Below the pieces are notes generated by a model, which was not told where the DNA came from, did no database searches, and saw only the letters and a program-made list of their open reading frames with translations. Of a DNA stretch of 64,000 bases, positions 7,867-15,267 are shown piece by piece; position 1 is the stretch's first letter, and each line of letters opens with the position of its first letter. The position numbers and the translations under genes were made by a program. This stretch comes from Clostridia bacterium (GTDB taxonomy: Bacteria; Bacillota; Clostridia; Oscillospirales; CAG-272). The stretch lies in assembly GCA_017463485.1 (NCBI GenBank), contig JAFTPD010000002.1, positions 193,870-257,869 on the forward strand, given 5' to 3'.

Positions 7867-8541
7867 ATGAACGTAAAAGAAAAAGCCGCCGCAATATGCG
7901 ACAGACTTTACGACATATACCCGGATGCGGTTTGCGCGCTCAAATGGGGGCACGAATCCGGCAATGACCCGCTTGAGGCAATGCTTCCCGACAGTTGGAA
8001 ATTGCTAGTGATGGCTCGGCTCTCCGCACAGTGCACCGACGCACGGGTTAATATCGTCTGCGAGGAGCTTTTCAAAAAATACACGTCCCTTGAAGAATTA
8101 GCGGAATGTGACATTCACGAGCTTGAAAATATCGTGCGCCCGTGCGGACTTTTCCGCACAAAGGCCGAAAGCATCAAGGCAGCCGCAACTATGCTTCTTG
8201 ACGAATACGGCGGAGTGCTTCCGTCTGACATGGACGAGCTTTTGCGCCTGCCGGGGGTGGGCAGAAAAATAGCAAATCTATTGCGCGGTGACGTCTTTGG
8301 ACTTCCCGCCGTGGTTGCCGATACGCACTGCATCCGTATATGCGGAAGGTTGGGCTTCTATCCCGAAGACCTTAAAGACCCGCATAAGGTGGAGCTCATC
8401 CTGTCAGACATTATTCCCCCTGAACGCCAGAGCGGATTTTGCCACAGAATAGTTGAGTTTGGCAGAGATACCTGCATTGCGCGTTCTCCGAAATGCGCCG
8501 AGTGTCCCCTGCTCGACCTGTGCGCCCATAAAAATCGGTAA
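7867..8541 (+). CDS. nth: Endonuclease III
   Basis: HhH-GPD motif LLRLPGVGRKIANL and a C-terminal 4Fe-4S cluster C-x6-C-x2-C-x5-C (CIARSPKCAECPLLDLC). The ATG at 7867 lies 6 nt after ggaga. Confidence 0.9.
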   Translation: MNVKEKAAAICDRLYDIYPDAVCALKWGHESGNDPLEAMLPDSWKLLVMARLSAQCTDARVNIVCEELFKKYTSLEELAECDIHELENIVRPCGLFRTKAESIKAAATMLLDEYGGVLPSDMDELLRLPGVGRKIANLLRGDVFGLPAVVADTHCIRICGRLGFYPEDLKDPHKVELILSDIIPPERQSGFCHRIVEFGRDTCIARSPKCAECPLLDLCAHKNR

Positions 8542-8542
8542 T

Positions 8543-8746
8543 TTATATCTGCTTATGAACGCTTTTGTATTCGTCGTATTTTCGATAATAAGGACAGCTG
8601 TTTGTCCTTGCCTGTAAAAAGCTTGCCATTTCGTCCTCGTCAAGCGACATATTGCAAACGTAGGCGTCCACGTACTCGTCGTAGTCGTAGAATTCGCAAT
8701 CCTCGCAACGGCTTTGAGTGTTCTTTTTACATGTATTTTTATTCAT
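8543..8746 (-). CDS. Small acidic Cys-rich protein (67 aa), uncharacterised
   Basis: ORF 8543-8803. The ATG at 8746 follows gggag. Cys at positions 6, 14, 17, 31 and 51 (CEDC...C...C). Its stop is 1 nt from the convergent nth stop. Confidence 0.55.
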   Translation of the reverse strand: MNKNTCKKNTQSRCEDCEFYDYDEYVDAYVCNMSLDEDEMASFLQARTNSCPYYRKYDEYKSVHKQI

Positions 8747-8839
8747 ATAGCCTGCTCCCTTCACGGTTTTCCTTATGATAACATATTTTTTACCCGCTGT
8801 CAACGAGCTTGAAAAATATTTATATGAGTGAATTTGTCC

Positions 8840-8868
8840 TTTACAAAGTCATAACAATGTGCTATAAT
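8840..8868 (+). promoter_or_regulatory. Sigma-A-type promoter with extended -10 for orf 8903-9460
   Basis: TTTACA (8840-8845), 17-nt spacer, TGcTATAAT (8860-8868). Confidence 0.55.
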
Positions 8869-8902
8869 GATTACAGTTAACTGAAAAGGTATGGTGATAA
8901 AG

Positions 8903-9460
8903 ATGTCAAATATTACTGCTGTCGAACAAAAATATCCGCCCATAAAGATGAGCGTTGTTCGCATAATTATTATATCGGTACTGCTTTTTTTACTTGTATC
9001 CGTTGAGCTTGGCGTGTATCTTACGGCGATTGCGGACTTGCATGATAATCTTATGAAGGATTATGAGCTTACTAAGGATAAGGGCTGGCAGAAATCCGTC
9101 GCGTGGATGCTTGACGAATTTGCAATGCTCCTGCCGCTGATAACTATCTGCGTTTTCCAGTATGCAGTCTATAAGCGATATAACCGCGAGGACGGTACGT
9201 TGCAACGCGAAATGGCGTTTGAGGTGATCCTCGTGGGCATATTGGTATACGCTGTTCTGCTCCCCATAGTCGCAAAGATCAGCAGTGATATGAACACCGC
9301 AGCTCACATTGCTGGTACGGTTGAGAGATATGAGGATGGCGGAGTTATCACACTTTTGCGTCGATCTCTCGGTTGGTTTATCCGCTTCATATTCCCCGTC
9401 GGCATACTGTCGCTATATCATTTTTCAAGATCCAAAGCAGAAGCCGAGGATGCAGAATAA
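8903..9460 (+). CDS. Hypothetical integral membrane protein
   Basis: ORF 8891-9460. The ATG at 8903 has better RBS spacing (ggtga-N5) than 8891. Four predicted hydrophobic helices. No family recognised. Confidence 0.6.
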   Translation: MSNITAVEQKYPPIKMSVVRIIIISVLLFLLVSVELGVYLTAIADLHDNLMKDYELTKDKGWQKSVAWMLDEFAMLLPLITICVFQYAVYKRYNREDGTLQREMAFEVILVGILVYAVLLPIVAKISSDMNTAAHIAGTVERYEDGGVITLLRRSLGWFIRFIFPVGILSLYHFSRSKAEAEDAE

Positions 9461-9464
9461 AATT

Positions 9465-9497
9465 AAGCTCCCGTGAAGCTTTTCACGGGAGCTTTTA
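9465..9497. terminator. Bidirectional terminator hairpin between orf8903 and pncB
   Basis: Arms aagctcccgtgaa (9465-9477) and ttcacgggagctt (9482-9494), flanked by A/T runs. Confidence 0.75.
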
Positions 9498-9503
9498 AAT
9501 TCA

Positions 9504-10952
9504 TCAGTGCTTTTTACGATTGAGCATTTCGTGTTTGATATCCCAGAGCTTTTGTGAGAGGTCAACGTAGTAGTTGTGAGGATTGGTAAAGCGCTTGACC
9601 TCCTCCCACATGCCATTTTTCTCTTGCTCGCAGTGACGGCGTATCTCCTCAAGCGTAGGAAGCTTGTAAACAAGCTCACCGTTCTTGAAAATAGGAACGA
9701 GCAGCTCGGTAGCGGTGAAGTTTGTCATTGTTTTGCGCTTCCAAGTAGCAAGCGGATCGAAAATTTCGAGCGGCTTTGAGTCGTCGATAACCTCGTCGTA
9801 AACGCAGATAAGGTCAGCCTCCGCCTTACCCGTATCCTTGGCACGCAAGCGGTAGACCTTCTTGAAATGAGGCGTGGTTATCTTGCCGACGTTCTCACTT
9901 ATTTTAATCTTAGGGATAACGTTTCCTTCATCATCCTCGACGGCACACAGCTTGTAAACGCCGCCAAAAACGGGATCGCTCTTTGCTGTAATGAGTCGCT
10001 CGCCGACACCAAATGCATCCACCTCCGCGCCCTGACGTATAAGCTCGCGAATGATATACTCGTCAAGCGAGTTGGAAACTATGATCTTGCAGTTGTACCA
10101 GCCCGCCTCATCAAGCTTTTGGCGAATTTTTTTGGTTAGGTAAGTGATATCTCCGGAGTCGATTCTTACAGCACAATTTGTAATTCCAAGCGGCTTCAGG
10201 ACCGTTTCAAATGCTTTGATAGCATTGGGAAGTCCGGATTCCAAAACGTTGAACGTATCAATAAGAAGGGTTGCGTTGTTAGGATAAATTTCGCAGTAGT
10301 TTTTGAACGCTGTGAACTCGTCGTCAAACATCTGCACCCATGAGTGTGCCATAGTGCCGCCCGCAGGAACGCCGTAAACCTCGTCGGATATAGCGCAGGC
10401 CGTGGAGTTGCACCCTCCGATATAAGCGGCTCTTGCGCCTAAAATCGCGGCGTCAGCACCCTGCGCGCGACGAGAGCCGAATTCGCTTACCGTTCTTCCC
10501 TTTGCGGCGCGCGCTATGCGTGACGCCTTAGTTGCAATAAGGGATTCGTGGTTGATTATCATAAGAATGTACGTTTCAATGAACTGTGCCTCTATCGCCT
10601 TGGCTCTTACCGTGATAAGAGGCTCGCCCGGGAAGACGTAAGTTCCCTCGGGAATAGCCCATATATCTCCAGTAAAGCGGAAGTCCTTGAGATAGTCCAA
10701 AAATTCCTCGTCAAAGATTCCCTTTTTGCGCAGATAAGCAATATCGTCCTCGTCAAAATGCAGATTTTGAACGTACTCGACTATCTGCTCAAGACCAGCT
10801 ACGACAGCGTATCCGCCGCCGTCAAGATTGCTGCGGTAAAAGACGTCGAAATATACGTATCTGTCCTTGAGACCGGACTTGAAATAACCGTTGCTCATGG
10901 TCAGCTCGTAAAAATCGCACAGCATTGTCAGATTGCGTGATATGTCCTTCAT
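9504..10952 (-). CDS. pncB: Nicotinate phosphoribosyltransferase
   Basis: ORF 9504-11045. The ATG at 10952 follows gaggtg. MKDISRNLTMLCDFYELTMSNGYF... and ...FGSRRAQG... are typical of PncB. Confidence 0.9.
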   Translation of the reverse strand: MKDISRNLTMLCDFYELTMSNGYFKSGLKDRYVYFDVFYRSNLDGGGYAVVAGLEQIVEYVQNLHFDEDDIAYLRKKGIFDEEFLDYLKDFRFTGDIWAIPEGTYVFPGEPLITVRAKAIEAQFIETYILMIINHESLIATKASRIARAAKGRTVSEFGSRRAQGADAAILGARAAYIGGCNSTACAISDEVYGVPAGGTMAHSWVQMFDDEFTAFKNYCEIYPNNATLLIDTFNVLESGLPNAIKAFETVLKPLGITNCAVRIDSGDITYLTKKIRQKLDEAGWYNCKIIVSNSLDEYIIRELIRQGAEVDAFGVGERLITAKSDPVFGGVYKLCAVEDDEGNVIPKIKISENVGKITTPHFKKVYRLRAKDTGKAEADLICVYDEVIDDSKPLEIFDPLATWKRKTMTNFTATELLVPIFKNGELVYKLPTLEEIRRHCEQEKNGMWEEVKRFTNPHNYYVDLSQKLWDIKHEMLNRKKH

Positions 10953-10982
10953 AAAACACCTCATCAAGTTATCATTGCTACC

Positions 10983-11011
10983 ATTATAAACCTTTTTTCG
11001 CGCTCTGTCAA
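10983..11011 (-). promoter_or_regulatory. Sigma-A-type promoter of pncB
   Basis: On the minus strand: TTGACA (11006-11011), 17-nt spacer, TATAAT (10983-10988). Confidence 0.6.
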
Positions 11012-11135
11012 TGATTTTTTTGCGATAAATCCGCTTGAAGGACATCCTTTGTTTTGTATAATTTGTCAGTATGTCGCAAACTGCGGGAAAATGTAATATT
11101 TTTTTGTGGCGAATGTAAAAGTTGAGCTTCTCCCC

Positions 11136-11164
11136 TTGACAAATATTTATATATATGTTAAAAT
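11136..11164 (+). promoter_or_regulatory. Sigma-A-type promoter of glyQS-tyrS
   Basis: TTGACA (11136-11141), 17-nt spacer ending in TGt, then TAAAAT (11159-11164). The leader is only about 55 nt. Confidence 0.6.
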
Positions 11165-11226
11165 ATCTTGATTAATATTTTTGCCGCAAAACATATTGCC
11201 AATTGCGGCAGTAAGGAGATACTTTT

Positions 11227-12624
11227 ATGGATAATTCAGCAAAGACTATGGACAAGATCGTCGCGCTTTGTAAAAACCGCGGCTTCATCTTCCCCGGCTC
11301 TGAAATTTACGGCGGACTTGCAAACTCCTGGGACTACGGTCCTCTCGGAGTTGAGTTCAAGAACAACGTAAAGAAGGCTTGGTGGAAGAAATTCGTTCAG
11401 GAATGTAAATATAACGTTGGACTTGACAGCGCTATTATTATGAACCCCCAGACTTGGGTAGCGTCGGGACATCTCGGTGGATTCTCCGATCCTCTTATGG
11501 ACTGCAAGGTGTGCCGTTCTCGCCACAGAGCGGACAAGCTTATTGAGGACTACGCATTTGAAAATAAGCTGGATGTCAATCCCGCAGGCTGGTCTGACGA
11601 GGAAATGTCCAAATATATCGCGGAAAACCGCATCACCTGCCCCTCCTGCGGCAGCGGCGACTTTACCTCTATCCGCAAGTTTAACCTGATGTTCAAGACC
11701 TTTATCGGTGTTACTGAGGAGTCTACGAATACCGTTTACCTTCGTCCCGAGACCGCACAGGGTATTTTCGTTCAGTTCAAGAACGTTGCTCGCTCTACCC
11801 GCCGCAAGATGCCCTTCGGCGTAGGTCAGATCGGTAAGTCCTTCCGCAACGAGATCACCCCCGGTAACTTCGTGTTCCGTACCCGTGAGTTCGAGCAGAT
11901 GGAGCTGGAATTCTTCTGCAAGCCCGGTACTGACCTTGAATGGTTTGAGTATTGGAGAGCTTATTGCGAAAATTGGCTTTACGATCTCGGTATGCGCAAG
12001 GAAAACCTCCGTCTGCGCGACCACAGCCCCGAGGAGCTTTGCTTCTACTCCAAGGGAACTACCGATATCGAGTTTCTCTTCCCCTTCGGTTGGGGCGAGC
12101 TTTGGGGTATTGCGGACCGTACTGACTACGACCTTACCCAGCATCAGAACGTATCGGGTGAGTCTATGGAATTCTTTGATCCCGAAACCAACGAAAAATA
12201 TATTCCCTACGTTATCGAGCCCTCTCTCGGCGCAGACCGCGTAGCGCTTGCATTCCTTTGCGATGCTTACGACGAGGAGATTGTTGATCCCGAAAAGAAC
12301 GATATGCGCGTCGTGCTTCACCTGCACCCCGCCCTCGCTCCCGTTAAGGCGGCTGTTCTTCCCCTTTCCAAGAAGCTGTCTGATAAGGCCGGTGAGGTAT
12401 TCGACGAGCTTTCCAAGTATTTCAATATGGAATTTGACGAGACTGGCTCGATCGGTAAGCGTTATCGCCGTCAGGATGAGATAGGTACTCCTCTTTGCAT
12501 TACCTATGACTTTGATTCCGAGACTGACGGATGCGTTACTGTCCGCGACCGTGATACTATGGAGCAGGTACGCCTCCCCATTACCGAGCTTAAGGCTTAC
12601 ATTGAGAAAGTACTTGAGTTCTGA
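11227..12624 (+). CDS. glyQS: Glycine--tRNA ligase (homodimeric GlyQS type)
   Basis: 465 aa, [41 protein letters not shown]..., with class II motifs. Confidence 0.95.
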   Translation: MDNSAKTMDKIVALCKNRGFIFPGSEIYGGLANSWDYGPLGVEFKNNVKKAWWKKFVQECKYNVGLDSAIIMNPQTWVASGHLGGFSDPLMDCKVCRSRHRADKLIEDYAFENKLDVNPAGWSDEEMSKYIAENRITCPSCGSGDFTSIRKFNLMFKTFIGVTEESTNTVYLRPETAQGIFVQFKNVARSTRRKMPFGVGQIGKSFRNEITPGNFVFRTREFEQMELEFFCKPGTDLEWFEYWRAYCENWLYDLGMRKENLRLRDHSPEELCFYSKGTTDIEFLFPFGWGELWGIADRTDYDLTQHQNVSGESMEFFDPETNEKYIPYVIEPSLGADRVALAFLCDAYDEEIVDPEKNDMRVVLHLHPALAPVKAAVLPLSKKLSDKAGEVFDELSKYFNMEFDETGSIGKRYRRQDEIGTPLCITYDFDSETDGCVTVRDRDTMEQVRLPITELKAYIEKVLEF

Positions 12625-12645
12625 TTTTTGAAAGGATAGACCAAC

Positions 12646-13866
12646 ATGAAAATTTACGACGAGCTCGTCGCCCGTGGACTTATTGCCCAGGTCACCGACG
12701 AAGCGCAGATAAAAGACCTTATTAACGAGGGTAAAGCCGTTTTCTACATTGGCTTTGACCCCACAGCCGACAGCCTTCACGTCGGTCACTTCATGGCTCT
12801 CTGCCTTATGAAGCGACTTCAGATGGCTGGCAACCGTCCTATCGTTCTTATCGGCGGCGGTACGGCTATGATCGGTGACCCTTCCGGACGCACCGATATG
12901 CGTCAGATGATGACACCCGAAACCATTCAGCACAACTGTGATTGCTTCTACAAGCAGATGAGCCGCTTTATCGACTTTGGCGAAGGCAAGGCTATCATGG
13001 TAAACAACGCGGATTGGCTTATGAACCTCAATTACATTGATGTTCTGCGTGACGTGGGAGCTTGCTTTTCTGTCAACCGTATGCTTACCGCAGAATGCTA
13101 CAAGCAAAGAATGGAAAAGGGACTTTCTTTCCTTGAATTCAACTATATGATCATGCAGTCCTACGATTTCTATCATCTGTATCAGCACTACGACTGCAAT
13201 ATGCAGTTTGGCGGTGACGATCAATGGTCGAATATGCTTGGCGGCACCGAGCTTATTCGCCGCAAGCTTGGTAAGGATGCTTACGCTATGACCATTACCC
13301 TGCTTCTCAACTCCGAGGGAAAGAAGATGGGTAAAACGCAGTCGGGCGCGGTTTGGCTGGATCCCAACAAGACTACTCCCTACGACTTCTACCAATATTG
13401 GAGAAACGTTGCGGATGCCGACGTTCTCAAGTGCATCCGTATGCTCACCTTCCTTCCTCTCGAACAGATCGACGAGATGGACAAGTGGGAGGGCGCACAG
13501 CTCAATCAGGCAAAAGAAATTCTTGCTTACGAGCTGACAAAGCTGGTACACGGTGACGAAGAAGCTGATAAGGCTCAGGCAAGCGCACGCGCTTTGTTCG
13601 GCACAGGCGAAAACGCTCCCGTTCCTACCTGCACCATTACTGCAGACGACCTCTTTGATGGCAAGATCGACATTCCTTCCCTTCTTGTAAAGGGAGGACT
13701 CGTTAAGTCCAAGTCGGAGGCGCGTCAGGCTATCCAGCAGGGCGGCGTAACACTTGACGGTGAGAAGATCACCGACGTGCGCGCATCCTTCACTCCTGAC
13801 GAGCTGAAGGACGGCAAGCTTCTCAAAAAAGGTAAAAAGAGCTTTATTAAGGTCATTTTTGAGTAA
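12646..13866 (+). CDS. tyrS: Tyrosine--tRNA ligase
   Basis: 406 aa with a HIGH-type motif (HVGH), a KMSKS-type motif (KMGKT) and a C-terminal S4-like domain. Starts 21 nt after glyQS. Confidence 0.95.
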   Translation: MKIYDELVARGLIAQVTDEAQIKDLINEGKAVFYIGFDPTADSLHVGHFMALCLMKRLQMAGNRPIVLIGGGTAMIGDPSGRTDMRQMMTPETIQHNCDCFYKQMSRFIDFGEGKAIMVNNADWLMNLNYIDVLRDVGACFSVNRMLTAECYKQRMEKGLSFLEFNYMIMQSYDFYHLYQHYDCNMQFGGDDQWSNMLGGTELIRRKLGKDAYAMTITLLLNSEGKKMGKTQSGAVWLDPNKTTPYDFYQYWRNVADADVLKCIRMLTFLPLEQIDEMDKWEGAQLNQAKEILAYELTKLVHGDEEADKAQASARALFGTGENAPVPTCTITADDLFDGKIDIPSLLVKGGLVKSKSEARQAIQQGGVTLDGEKITDVRASFTPDELKDGKLLKKGKKSFIKVIFE

Positions 13867-13887
13867 TTCTCAAAGCAATAAACAAAT

Positions 13888-14152
13888 GCTGTGATGAAGT
13901 CGGTTACGGCTGTTGCGGTCTTACAGAGAGCCCTCGCCCGCGTTTGCGGTGCTGTGAGTGAGGACAGACCCTTGCCGTTTCCTTTCCCTTCTGAGCTTAC
14001 GCGGTGAAGCCGAAAGGTGTGTAGTCGTGTACGGCAGACGCCGTTACCGTCAAAATCGAGGTGTCGGAATTGAATTTCCGGAAACCGGGTGGTACCGCGG
14101 TATATGTTATCATATCCCGTCCCTGTTTTTAAGCAGCGACGGGATATTTTTG
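13888..14152 (+). promoter_or_regulatory. T-box riboswitch leader (Phe specifier) controlling pheST
   Basis: K-turn gtgatgaag (13891-13899), AG bulge agagag (13925-13930), three UUC triplets (13979-13991), and the T-box sequence aaaccgggtggtaccgcgg (14081-14099). The terminator arms are atatcccgtc and gacgggatat (14113-14147), followed by T5. Confidence 0.88.
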
Positions 14153-14233
14153 CTTTTATGTCCCAAGTCGCGAAAAAAGCATTAAAATTTTAAGTAAAAT
14201 TACGCCACTTTCGTGGCAGGAGGTACATTTCAA

Positions 14234-15247
14234 ATGAAAGCAAAACTTGAACAGATCAAAGTGTCAGCACTTGGCGAGATAAGCGCTGACGGTGCGGATC
14301 TTGAACAGCTTCGCATCAAATATCTCGGTAAAAAGGGTGAGCTTACCGCCGTGCTTCGCGGCATGGGGCAGCTTACGCCCGAGGAGCGCCCCGTTATCGG
14401 TCAGCTCGCAAACGACGTAAGAGCGGTTATCGAGGAGGCGCTTGGACGCCGCACCGAGGAAATGAAGGAAAAGGCAATGGCTGCCCGTCTGCTTAACGAA
14501 AAGCTGGACGTTACAATGCCCGCGCGCCGTCCCCTTGTAGGCCACACTCACCCGTTGACGCTTGTTCAGCGCGATCTTGAAGATATCTTTATCGGAATGG
14601 GCTTTTCTATCGTGGAAGGACCTGAGGTTGAGTACGATTACTACAACTTCCAGGCTCTCAATATCCCTGAGGATCACCCTGCACGTGATACGCAGGATAC
14701 CTTCTATATCACCGATAAGATACTTCTTCGCTCCCAGACCTCTCCCGTTCAGGCGAGAACTATGGAGGCGCAGAAGCCCCCGCTCCGTATCATCTCTCCC
14801 GGCCGTGTTTACCGCTCCGACGCCATCGATGCTACCCACTCTCCCCTATTCCATCAGCTTGAAGGACTTGTAATTGACAAGGGTATCACCATGGGCGACC
14901 TTAAGGGCACGCTTGACGTATTTGCTAAGAAGGAATTCGGTGAGGACACGAGAGTCAGATTCCGCCCCCACCACTTCCCCTTTACCGAGCCGTCGGCAGA
15001 GGTTGATATTTCCTGCTTCGCTTGCGGCGGCAAGGGATGCAAGCTTTGTAAGGGCGAGGGTTGGATAGAAATTCTCGGTGCGGGAATGGTACATCCTCAC
15101 GTTCTTGAAATGGGAGGCATTGATCCCTCCGTTTACAGCGGATTTGCATTTGGTCTTGGTATCGAGCGAATTGCAATGCTCAAATACCACATTGACGATA
15201 TGCGCTTGCTTTACGAGAACGATGTGCGCTTCCTTGGTCAGTTTTAA
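14234..15247 (+). CDS. pheS: Phenylalanine--tRNA ligase alpha subunit
   Basis: ORF 14213-15247. The ATG at 14234 follows aggagg. ...[11 protein letters not shown]... and ...[16 protein letters not shown]... are typical of PheS. Confidence 0.95.
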   Translation: MKAKLEQIKVSALGEISADGADLEQLRIKYLGKKGELTAVLRGMGQLTPEERPVIGQLANDVRAVIEEALGRRTEEMKEKAMAARLLNEKLDVTMPARRPLVGHTHPLTLVQRDLEDIFIGMGFSIVEGPEVEYDYYNFQALNIPEDHPARDTQDTFYITDKILLRSQTSPVQARTMEAQKPPLRIISPGRVYRSDAIDATHSPLFHQLEGLVIDKGITMGDLKGTLDVFAKKEFGEDTRVRFRPHHFPFTEPSAEVDISCFACGGKGCKLCKGEGWIEILGAGMVHPHVLEMGGIDPSVYSGFAFGLGIERIAMLKYHIDDMRLLYENDVRFLGQF

Positions 15248-15267
15248 GGAAAAGAGGTGTTAGTGAA

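Noticed and set aside
11236-13551. 771-aa ORF on the minus strand spanning glyQS, the 21-nt spacer and most of tyrS. It is the longest ORF in this part of the window.
   Set aside because: Its codons are in exact register with the sense codons of both aaRS genes, so it stays open only because TTA, CTA and TCA are not used. The sense strand encodes unmistakable GlyRS and TyrRS. The antisense translation is low-complexity with no recognisable motif, RBS or promoter.
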